NCBI RefSeq assembly: GCF_032444005.1 | Contig: NC_091289.1 | Location: forward strand, 55,676,001-55,740,000 | Direction: 5' to 3' | Length of the DNA: 64,000 nt | Source: Ranitomeya imitator | Lineage: Eukaryota | Shown here: piece by piece, positions 1 to 11,050 of the stretch | How the letters are laid out: every line of letters starts with the position of its first letter | Position numbering within the stretch: the first letter of the stretch is position 1 | Translations under genes and position numbers: made by a program | Notes under the pieces: generated by a model | Told to the model about the DNA's origin: nothing | The model's input: only the letters and a program-made list of their open reading frames with translations | Database searches by the model: none

Positions 1-638
1 AGTCTGCCCAGCACAGGATGGGGGGGGGGGGGACAGTTCACTATGAAATATGGGGGGAGACAGTCTGCCCAGCACAGAGGGGGGGGGTGGAGGACAGTTC
101 GCTACGAAATATGGGGGGGGGGGGGGACAGTCCGCCCAGCACAGAGGGGGGGTGGAGGACAGTTCACTATGAAATACGGGGGGGGGGGGGGGGGGGGACA
201 GTCTGTCAAGCACAGGATGGGGGGGGGGACAGTTCACTATGAAATATGGGGGGGAGGACAGTCTGCCAAGCACAGAGGGGGGTGGAGGACAGTTCACTAT
301 GAAATACGGGGGGGGGGGGGGGACAGTCTGTCAAGCACAGGATGGGGGGGGGGACAGTTCACTATGAAATATGGGGGGAGGACAGTCTGCCAAGCACAGA
401 GGGGGGTGGAGGACAGTTCGCTCTGAAATGGGGGGGGGGGGGGGAGGACAGTTCGCTACGAAATATGGGGGGACAGTCCGCCCAGCACCCAGCACAGAGG
501 GGGGGGGACAGTTTGCTATGAAGTATGGGGGGGGGGGGACAGTCCGCCCAGCACAGAGGGGGGTGGAGGACAGTTCGCTATGAAATATGGGGGGGACAGT
601 CCGCCCAGCACAGAGGGGGGTGGAGGACAGTTCGCCCT
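1..638. repeat. G-rich minisatellite, about 60-bp unit with variable poly-G runs; continues off the left edge
   Basis: Alternating motifs GGACAGTC(T/C)GCCCAGCACAG and GGACAGTTC(A/G)CTATGAAATA(T/C), separated by G-runs of variable length. Confidence 0.95.
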
Positions 639-692
639 GTAACAGGACGCCGCTCACTGACCACACACAGCTACTACATGGACATTTCTCAC

Positions 693-760
693 CTCACAGT
701 GTGCTCGGGATGTTTACTGTTGCCATAGAAACATAACTCTGCCTAGAAGAAGGCGTGGCG
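693..760 (-). promoter_or_regulatory. Candidate promoter and non-coding first exon of a leftward gene (RFX X-box plus splice donor)
   Basis: X-box-like GTTGCCATAGAAAC at 719-732. Minus-strand GAG|GTGAGA donor with GT at 692-691. Unique CpG-containing sequence between two minisatellites. The two ATGs in the exon meet stops within 11 codons. Confidence 0.45.
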
Positions 761-1016
761 TCCTCCAGTCCAGTGATTGCACCTAGAATGCATGGGGTCC
801 GCCGCCTTCCCGGTCCTGTCAGCAGCCCATACAGTCTAGCTGATTCACTGCTGAAAACACTGCAATGTATGGGTTCCCTACTAACCCACCTGGCACAAGC
901 CTGCTCCGCTCCTCCCTATATTATCGCGTCACCGCCCGTCCCCGCATAAATACATCTAAAGAAGCGGTCAGCCATTTTTGATCCTGGCGCTAAGCGCTAT
1001 CTATACGCCTTCCCTA

Positions 1017-1032
1017 TCACTAGGTGGCGCTG
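1017..1032 (+). promoter_or_regulatory. CTCF-like motif
   Basis: TCACTAGGTGGCGCTG closely matches the CTCF core CCASYAGRKGGCRS. Motif match only. Confidence 0.45.
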
Positions 1033-1286
1033 ATATATCAGTGAGCTCCAGCACTGTACTACAGCAGCAGGGAACAAACGACGAGAGAGACAGCATCAGT
1101 GACATCACGTGATAACATACTGTACTTGTCTGATATTGGTAGCACTATTTATTTTCAGGAAATGGTCTTGCAGGGAATCTGTAAGTTACCAGCAGACCAT
1201 GGAAATGAAGGGCTGCCTGTGTAAGAGGCCTGAGTTGTGGAACCCTTAGTTATCTATGTGCTTATATGGAGCACAGCGGGCTGGAA

Positions 1287-2496
1287 GACCCCACACCCTG
1301 CCTGTATCCCCCTCACCCCGCCTGTGTCCCCCACACCCCGCCTGTATCCCCCTCACCCCGCCTGTATCCCCCTCACCCCGCCTGTGTCCCCCACACCCCG
1401 CCTGTATCCCCCTCACCCCGCCTGTATCCTCCTCACCCCGCCTGTGTCCCCCTTACCCCGCCTGTATCCCCCCTCACCCCGCCTGCGTCCCCCTCACCCC
1501 GCCTGTGTCCCCCATACCCCGCCTGTATCCCCCTCACCCCGCCTTTAAACCCCCCCACCCCGCCTGTATCCCCCTAACCCCGCCTGTGTCCCCCACACCC
1601 CGCCTGTGTCCCCCACACCCCGCCTGTGTCCCCCTCACCCCGCCTGTGTCCCCCTCACCCTGCCTGTGTCCCCCTCACCCCGCCTGTATCCCCCCTCACC
1701 CCGCCTGTATCCCCCTCACCCCGCCTGTATCCCCCTCACCCCGCCTGTGTTCCCCTTACCCCGCCTGTATCCCCCCTCACCCCGCCTGTGTCCCCCTCAC
1801 CCCGCCTGTGTCCCCCATACCCCACCTGTATCCCCCTCACCCCGCCTTTAAACCCCCCCACCCCGCCTGTATCCCCCTAACCCCGCCTGTGTCCCCCACA
1901 CCCCGCCTGTGTCCCCCACACCCCGCCTGTGTCCCCCTCACCCCGCCTGTGTCCCCCTCACCCTGCCTGTGTCCCCCTCACCCCGCCTGTATCCCCCCTC
2001 ACCCCGCCTGTATCCCCCTCACCCCGCCTGTATCCCCCTCACCCCGCCTGTGTTCCCCTTACCCCGCCTGTATCCCCCCTCACCCCGCCTGTGTCCCCCT
2101 CACCCCGCCTGTGTCCCCCATACCCCGCCTGTATCCCCCTCACCCCGCCTTTAAACCCCCCCACCCCGCCTGTATCCCCCTAACCCCGCCTGTGTCCCCC
2201 ACACCCCGCCTGTATCCCCCACACCCCGCCTGTATCCCCCTCACCCCGCCTGTATCCCCCTCACCCCGCCTGTGTCCCCCTCACCCCGCCTGTGTCCCCC
2301 TCACCCCGCCTGTATCCCCCCTCACCCTGCCTGTATCCCCCTCACCCCGCCTGTGTCCCCCTCACCCCGCCTGTATCCCCCCTCACCCTGCCTGTATCCC
2401 CCTCACCCCGCCTGTGTCCCCCTCACCCCGCCTGTATCCCCCCTCACCCTGCCTGTATCCCCCTCACCCCGCCTGTGTCCCCCTCACCCCACCTGT
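1287..2496. repeat. C-rich 20/21-bp minisatellite (CCCCGCCTGT(A/G)TCCCCCTCA)n with a 303-bp higher-order period
   Basis: About 60 units. The variant marker GCCTTTAAAC recurs at 1541, 1844 and 2147, exactly 303 bp apart. Confidence 0.97.
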
Positions 2497-2821
2497 GTGC
2501 CACATGAAAATACAGAGTATATAGGTTAAAATAGTCAATTTTTATGATAAAAGTCACAAAAAAAGTGAACAGATTGCATCAAACACAACGAACAATAGCC
2601 AGCCTACAGCATATGAACAGGCACATAAATTACAATGACGTGTGTAGGCTGTGCTCCAGGTAAGAACAGCCAAATACCGGCCCATAGATCAATATAAAGA
2701 TCAAGCCAAGTGGCAGTAGATACAGGGTTAGAGGAGGCATCGCATACATGGGTTTTCATAAGTGAGTACAATTGCAAAGTCACATATAAGCAAGCTACAT
2801 GGCAACTTACCCTTTAATTAA

Positions 2822-3394
2822 AGGGAAACTCACCCCCAAAATCATTCTGTAATGCTGTAGATAAGCCCCCGATGTATCCTGAAAGATGAGAAAAAGAGGT
2901 TAGATTATACTCACCCAGGGGCGGTCCCGCTGCGGTCCGGTCCGATGGGCGTCGCGGTCCGGTTCGGGGCCTCCCATCTTTATAGGATGACGTCCTCTTC
3001 TTGTCTTCACGCAGCGGCTCTGGCGCAGGCGTACTTTATCTGCCCTGTTGAGGGCAGAGCAAAGTACTGCAGTGCGCAGGCGCCGGAAAGGTCAGAGAGG
3101 CCCAGTGCCTGCGCACTGCAGTACTTTGCTCTGCCCTCAACAGGGCAGACAAAGTATGCAGGAGCCGCCACGTGAAGACAAGAAGAGGACGTCATCCTAT
3201 GAAGATGGGAGGCCCCGGACCGCGACGCCCATCGGATCGGACCGCCCCCCCAGGGGAGTATAATAGTATAACCTCTTTTTCTCATCTTTAAGGATACATC
3301 GGGGGCTTATCTACAGCATTCCAGAATGCTGTAGATAAGCCCCTGGTGTTGGTGGGCTTAGCTCATCTTCGATTTTGGGGGTGACAGGTTCCCC
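2822..3394. mobile_element. Kolobok/T2-type MITE (palindromic)
   Basis: TTAA on both flanks (2818-2821, 3395-3398). Ends AGGGAA...GGTTCCCC. The internal sequence is a long imperfect palindrome. Same family at 38982-39960 and 52098-52446. Confidence 0.85.
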
Positions 3395-3982
3395 TTAAAA
3401 TTCCTCTCCATTGAGAACAGAAGGTTTTTTAATTCCATAGTTTGCAAAATGTTTACTGGAAGAAAATGTGGTCTCTAAACTGCTTCTCTTGTTGGCAGGG
3501 AGGATATTTACTGCATTTGGGCCACGAATGCACATGAATGATGGAAGAGTTGTCAGTAACTGTACTACAAGCACTACAGGGAGAGCCGTTAGCTATAAGT
3601 ACCAAACGGCAAACAGTACTGGTCTAAATGACCCTTAATGGTTTTTTTCTAATTGATGGTTGATGTAAGCCTCCTGTTCGTTCCTCACCTCCGCACATTC
3701 TATTTTCCGCACCAAATGTTTTAGAGGGATTATAGGAAAGAAATTGATCTCTATAACGAACATGATGGAATGAATGAAGATGGATCGACTTTATAAAATA
3801 ACTTTTATTAAGGTAAGAGAAGTTGCATCACTTGCAAATAAAATGGGCCAAGGTTTTAATTCCATGTTTTATGGAAGGCGTCTGAAACTTTTAGGTAATG
3901 AAAGTTCTCTCTTAATTTTTGGGGTCCAGAAGTATGATATGATGGCTTTTTCATGATATAGGCATGATTATTGTACACATAT

Positions 3983-6900
3983 GCTCCTCTTCGTTCATCC
4001 TAGACATCCTTCTCCTCGACATCCTCCTCCTCATCCGTCCTCGACATCCTCTTCCTCTTCTGTTCATCCTCGAGATCCTCATCCGTCCGTTCGTCCTCAA
4101 CATCCTCCTCGTCCATCCTCGACATCTTCCTCATCCGTCCTCGACATCCTCGTCCTCTTCCTCTGTCCTCAACATCTTCCTCCTCGTCGGTCCTCGACAT
4201 CCTCCTCCTTGTCTGTCCTCGACATGCTCCTCGTCTGTCCTCAACATCCTCCTCGTCCGTCCTCAACATTCTCATCCATTCTCGACATCCTCTTCCTCCT
4301 CTTCTGTTCACCCTCGAGATCCTCCTCCTCGTTTGTCCGCTCGTCCTCGACATCTTCCTCGTCCATCCATCTGTCCTCGACATCCTCCTCTTCCGTCCTC
4401 AACATCCTCGTCCTCTTCCTCAGTCCTCGACATCTTCCTCCTCCTCATCGGTCCTTGACATCCTCTTCCTTGTCCGTCCTTGACATCCTCCTCGTCCGTC
4501 CTCGACATCCTCGTCCGTCCTCAACATCCTCCTCATCCTTCCTCGACATCCTCCTCCTCATCCGTCCTCAACATCCTCATCCTTGTCGGTCCTAGACATC
4601 TTCCTCCTCTTCATCAGTCCTAGACATCCTCATCCTCGTCCGTCCTTGACATCCTCCTCCTCATCCGTCCTTAACATCCTCATCGGTCCTCGACATCCCC
4701 CTCGTCAGTCCTCGACATCCTCCTCCTCGTCAGTCCTCGACATCCTCCTTCTCGTCAGTCCTCGACGTCCTTCTCATCCGTTCTTCGACATCCTTCTCGT
4801 TCATCCTCAACATCCTCCTCCTCGTCTGTCCACGACATCCTCCTCCTCGTCTGTCCACGACATCCTCCTCGTCTGTCCTTGACATCCTCCTCTGTTGTGA
4901 ATTCCGTTCTTGGGCTCCCTCCTGTGGTTTTGAGTGGTATGGCTGCTTCTTGGATTTAGCTTCAGCAGCTGTTTTCACTGATCGTCTTTCTGGCTCGGCT
5001 ATATTAGTCTGGCCTTTTCCCTCATTCAATGCCAGTTGTCATTGTTCCTGCCTGGAGTCTTTGCTCTTAGGATTTTTCTGACACTCTGACCAATTCAGCA
5101 AAAGCTAAGTCCTTGCTTGTAATTTTGCAGTTCTCTTGTTTTTTGACTTGTGGTTCTCCACTTTCTATGTTTTGTTCATTTGTCCAGCTTATCAGTATGG
5201 ATCTATTCAGCTAGGCTGGAAGCTCTGGGCAGCAGAGTTTGCCCTCCACACCTTTAGTCAGGTGTGGAGATTTTTGCATTTCTCTGCGGTGGACTTTTTC
5301 TAGTTTTTATTACTGACCGCACAGCTCTCTGTCCTGTACTTTTTCCTATCTAGCTAGAAGTGGCCTCCTGTGCTAAATCTTGTTTCATACTACGTATGTC
5401 ATTTCCTTCTCCTCTCACAGTCATTATTTGTGGGGGCTAATCTATCCTTTGGGAATTTTCTCTGAGGCAAGATAGGTTTCCTGCTTCTATCTTTAGGGTT
5501 AGTTAGTTCTCCGGCTGTGACGAGATACATAGGCAGTGTTAGGAGCATTCCACGGCTGCTTCTAGTGTTGTGTTGAGCTTAGGGACTGCGGTCAGTATAG
5601 TTGCCACCTGCTCAGAGCTAGACGCATGTCGCTCCTTAATCACCAGACCATAACACTCCTCGTCCGTCCTTGACATCCTCTTCCTCGTCAGTCCTCAACA
5701 TCCTCCTCCTCTTCCATCCTCAACATCCTTTTCCTCATCCGTCCTTGACATCCTCGTCCTCCTCCTCGGTCCTCGACATCTTCCTCCTCGGTCCTCGACA
5801 TCCTCCTCCTTGTCCGTCCTCGACATTCTCCTCGTCCGTCCTCGACATCCTCCATCCATCCTCGACATCCTCGTCCTTGACATCCTCCTTGTCGGTCCTC
5901 GACATCCTCCTCGTCGGTCCTCGACATCCTCATCCATCCTAGACATCCTCCTCGACATCCTCCTACTCGTCCGTCCTTGACATCCTTCTTCTCATCCGTC
6001 CTCAACATCCTCCTACTCGTACGTCCTCAACATCCTCCTACTCGTACGTCCTCCACATCCTCCTACTCGTACGATCTCGACATCCTCCTCCTCATCCGTC
6101 TTCGACATTCCAACCTCCTCCTCCTCATTCGTCCTCAGCATCCTTGTCCTCGACATCTTCCTTCTACTCGTCGGTCCTCGACATCCTCCTCCTCGTCCGT
6201 CCTCGACATCCTTCTCCTTGTCAGTTCTAGACATCCTCCTCGACATCCTCCTCCTCTTCCGTCCTCAGCATCCTTATCCTCGTCAGTCCTCAACATCCTC
6301 CTCCTCGTCCGTCCTCGACATCCTTCTCATCCGTCCTTGACATCCTCGTCCTCCTCCGTCCTCGACATCTTCCTCCTCCTCGTCATCCTCCTCCTTGTCC
6401 GTCCTCGATATTCTCCTCGTCGTCCTCGACATCCTACTCGTATGTCCTCGACATCCTCCTCTTCCGTTCTCGACATCCTCCTCAGTCCTCGACATCCTTC
6501 TCCTCATCTGTCCTTGACATCCTCCCCGGTCCTTGACATCCTCCTCCTCGTCGGTCCTCAACATCCTCCTCATTGTACGTCCTCGACATCCTCCTCATTG
6601 TACGTCCTCGACATTCTCCTCGTCAGTCCTCGACCTCCTCCTCGTCCGTTCTCTACATCCTCCTCATCCGTACTCAGCATCCTCGTCGGTCCTCGACATC
6701 TTCCTCCTCCTCTTCGGTCCTCCACTTCCTCCTCCTCGTCCCCTCATCCATCCTCCTCATCCATCCTCGACATCCTCGTCGTCGACATCCTCCTCGTCGG
6801 TCCTCAACATCCTCCTCCTCATCGGTCCTCGACATCTTCCTCTTCGTCGGTCCTCGACATCCTCCTCGTTGGTCCTCGACATCCTCTTCCTCGTCCGTCC

Positions 6901-9900
6901 TCAACATCCTCGTCCTCATCTGTCCTTGACATCCTCCCCCTCGTCTGTCCTCGACATCCTCCTCCTCTTCCATCCTCGACATCCTTCTTGTCAGTCCTCA
7001 ACATCCTCCTCCTCGTCAGTCCTCAGCATCCTTCTCATCCATCCTCGACATCCTCATCCATTCTAGACATCCTCCTCGACATCCTCCTACTCGTCCGTCC
7101 TCGACATCCTTCTCCTCGTCCGTCCTCGACATCCTCCTACTCGTCCGTCCTCGACATCCTCCTACTCGTACGTCCTCAACATCTTCCTCCTCGTCCTCCT
7201 CAACATCCTTCTCCTCTTCTGTCCTCGACATCCTCCTACTCGAACATCCTCGACATCCTCCTACTCGTCCGTTCTCGACATTCCAACATCCTCCTCCTCA
7301 TTCGTCCTCAACATCCTTGTCCTCGACATCTTCCTCCTACTCGTCGGTCCTCGACATCCTTCTCCTTCTCCTCATCCGTCCTTGACATCCTCATCCTCCA
7401 CAGTCCTCGACATCTTCCTCCTCTTCGACAGTCCTCGACATCCTCCTCCTTGTCCGTCCTCGACATCCTCCTCGTCCATCCTCGACATCCTCCTCGTCCG
7501 TCCTCGACATCCTTCTCCTCATTCGTCCTCAACATCCTCGTTCTCGTCGGTCCTCAATATCTTCCTCCTCATTGGTCCTCCACATCCTCTTCTGTTCACC
7601 CTCAAGATTCTCCTCCTCGTCCGTCCATTCGTCCTCGACATCCTCCTCATCCATCCTCGACATCCTCCTCCTCATCTGTCCTCGACATTCTCGTCTTCTT
7701 CCTTGGTCCTTGACATCTTCCTCCTCCTCGTCGGTCCTGGACATCCTCCTCGTCGGTCCTCAACATCCTCCTCATTGTACGTCCTCGACATCCTCCTCAT
7801 TGTACGTCCTCGACATTCTCCTCGTCAGTCCTCGACCTCCTCCTCGTCCGTTCTCTACATCCTCCTCATCCGTACTCAGCATCCTCGTCGGTCCTCGACA
7901 TCTTCCTCCTCCTCTTCGGTCCTCCACTTCCTCCTCCTCGTCCCCTCATCCATCCTCCTCATCCATCCTCGACATCCTCGTCGTCGACATCCTCCTCGTC
8001 GGTCCTCAACATCCTCCTCCTCATCGGTCCTCGACATCTTCCTCTTCGTCGGTCCTCGACATCCTCCTCGTTGGTCCTCGACATCCTCTTCCTCGTCCGT
8101 CCTCAACATCCTCGTCCTCATCTGTCCTTGACATCCTCCCCCTCGTCTGTCCTCGACATCCTCCTCCTCTTCCATCCTCGACATCCTTCTTGTCAGTCCT
8201 CAACATCCTCCTCCTCGTCAGTCCTCAGCATCCTTCTCATCCATCCTCGACATCCTCATCCATTCTAGACATCCTCCTCGACATCCTCCTACTCGTCCGT
8301 CCTCGACATCCTTCTCCTCGTCCGTCCTCGACATCCTCCTACTCGTCCGTCCTCGACATCCTCCTACTTGTACGTCCTCAACATCCTCCTCCTCGTCCTC
8401 CTCAACATCCTTCTCCTCTTCTGTCCTCGACATCCTCCTACTCGAACATCCTCGACATCCTCCTACTCGTCCGTTCTCGACATTCCAACATCCTCCTCCT
8501 CATTCGTCCTCAACATCCTTGTCCTCGACATCTTCCTCCTACTCGTCGGTCCTCGACATCCTTCTCCTTCTCCTCATCCGTCCTTGACATCCTCATCCTC
8601 CACAGTCCTCGACATCTTCCTCCTCTTCGACAGTCCTCGACATCCTCCTCCTTGTCCGTCCTCGACATCCTCCTCGTCCATCCTCGACATCCTCCTCGTC
8701 CGTCCTCGACATCCTTCTCCTCATTCGTCCTCAACATCCTCGTTCTCGTCGGTCCTCAATATCTTCCTCCTCATTGGTCCTCCACATCCTCTTCTGTTCA
8801 CCCTCAAGATTCTCCTCCTCGTCCGTCCATTCGTCCTCGACATCCTCCTCATCCATCCTCGACATCCTCCTCCTCATCTGTCCTCGACATTCTCGTCTTC
8901 TTCCTTGGTCCTTGACATCTTCCTCCTCCTCGTCGGTCCTGGACATCCTCCTCGTCCGTCCTCGACATCCTTCTCCTCATTCGTCCTCAACATCCTCGTC
9001 GGTCCTCAACATCTTCCTCCTCCTCATCGGTCCTCCACATCCTCTTCCTCCTCTTCTGTTCACCCTCAAGATTCTCCTCCTCGGCCGTCCATTCGTCCTT
9101 GACATCCTCCTCATCCATCCTTGACATCCTCCTCCTCATCTGTCCTCGACATTCTCGTCCTCTTCCTTGGTCCTTGACATCTTCCTCCTCCTCGTCGGTC
9201 CTGGATATTATCCTCGTCCGTTTTCGACATCCTCCTCGTCTGTCCTCAACATCCTCCTCGTCTGTCCTCAACATCCTCCTCATCCGTCCTTGACATCCTC
9301 CTCCTCGTTCGTCCTCGACATGCTCTTCGTCCTCTTCTGTTCGCCCTCGAGATCCTCCTCCTTGTCAATCCGTTCTCGACATCCTGCTCATCCATCCTCC
9401 ACATCCTCTTCCTCGGTCCTCAACATCTTCTTCCTCCTCGTCGGTCCTCGACATCCTCCTCGTTTGTCCTCGACATCCTCCTCCTTGTCCGTCCTCGACA
9501 TCCTCCTCCTTGTCCGTCCTTAACATCATCCTCGTCCGTCCTCGACATCCTCCTCGGTCCTCGACATCCTCCTCGTCGGTCCTCGACATCCTCCTCTTCC
9601 GTTCTCAACATCCTCCTCCTCCTCAGTCCTCGACATCCTTCTCCTCATCCGTCCTTGACATCCTCCCCGATCCTCGACATCTTCCTCCTCCTGGTCGGTC
9701 CTCGACATCCTCCTCCTTGTACATCCTCGACATTCTCCTCGTCAGTCCTCGACATCCTCCTCATCCGTCCTCGACATCCTCCTCATCTGTCCTCAGCATC
9801 CTCGTCGGTCCTCGACATCTTCCTCCTCGGTCCTCGACTTCCTCCTCCTCGTCCCCTCATCCATCCTCCTCCTCATCCATCCTCGACATCCTCATCGTCG

Positions 9901-11050
9901 ACATCCTCCTCGTCGGTCCTCAACATCCTCCTCCTCATCGGTCCTCGACATCTTCCTCTTCGTCGGTCCTCAACATCCTTCTCGTTTGTCCTCGACATCC
10001 TCCTCCTTGTCCGTCCTCGACATCATCCTCCTTGTCCGTCCTTAACATCATCCTCGTCCGTCTTCGCCATCCTCCTCGGTCCTCGACATCCTCCTCGTCG
10101 GTCCTCGCCATCCTCCTCTTCCGTTCTCAACATCCTCCTCCTCCTCAGTCCTCGACATCCTTTTCCTCATCCGTCCTTGACATCTTCCCCGGTCCTCGAC
10201 ATCTTCCTCCTCCTCGTCAGTCCTCGACATCCTCCACCTTGTACATCCTCGACAATCTCCTCGTCAGTCCTCGACATCCTCCTCGTCCATCCTCGACATC
10301 CTCCTCGTCGGTCCTCGACATCTTCCTCCTCCTCTTCGGTCCTCGACTTCCTCCTCCTCGTCCCCTCATCCATCCTCCTCCTCATCCATCCTCGACATCC
10401 TCATCAACATCCTCCTTGTCGGTCCTCAACATCCTCCTCCTCATCGGTCCTCGACATCTTCCTCTTCGTCGGTCCTCGACATCCTCCTCGTCGGTCCTCG
10501 ACATCCTCTTCCTCATCCGTCCTCAACATCCTCCTAGTCTGTCTTTGACATCCTTCTCCTCGTCTGTCCTCGACATCCTCCTCCACTTCCGTCCTCGACA
10601 TCCTTCTTGTCAATCCTCAACATCCTCCTCCTCGTCAGTCCTCAACATCCTTCTCGTCCATCCTTGACATCCTCATCCACTCTAGACATCCTCCTCGACA
10701 TCCTCCTACTCGTCCGTCCTCGACATCCTCCTACTCATCCGTCCTCGACATCCCCCTACTCGTAGGTCCTCGACATACTCCTCCTCGTCAGTCCTCTTCC
10801 TCCTCTTCGGTTCTCCCTCGAGATCCTCCTCCTCATCCGTCCTCGACATCCACCTCCTCGGTCCTCGACATCCTCCTCCTCGGTATCCTCCTACTCGTAC
10901 GTCCTCGGCATCCTCCTAGTTGTCCATTCTCGACATCCTCCTACTGGTACGTCCTCCACATCCTCCTACATGTACGATCTCGACATCCTCCTCCTCCTCC
11001 GTCTTCAATATCTCAACATCTTCCTCCTTGTCACTCCTTGACATCGTGCT
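3983..11050. repeat. Pyrimidine-rich variable-unit tandem array, type A (anchor GTCCTCGACATCC plus (TCC)n linkers)
   Basis: Hundreds of units with anchor variants CTCGAC, CTCAAC and CTTGAC. Interrupted by a solo LTR at 4893-5655. Contains a 1202-bp tandem duplication (about 6540-7741 and 7742-8950). Confidence 0.95.
4893..5655 (+). mobile_element. Solo LTR of a Ty3/gypsy element related to elements B and C
   Basis: TG...CA ends (TGTTGTGAATTCC...CCATAACA), flanked by CTCCTC on both sides. The 5' end resembles the minus-strand LTR start of element B (TGTTGTGAGTTCTG...GGGCTCCCTC). Closely similar to 53389-54183. Confidence 0.85.

Noticed and set aside
1237-2529. 422-aa Pro-rich ORF and overlapping ORFs
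   Set aside because: These are direct translations of the 20-bp minisatellite in all three frames.
3640-3960. Faint L1-like C-terminal peptide (FWT.PKIKR) on the minus strand
   Set aside because: It is too short and broken by stops to support without a search.
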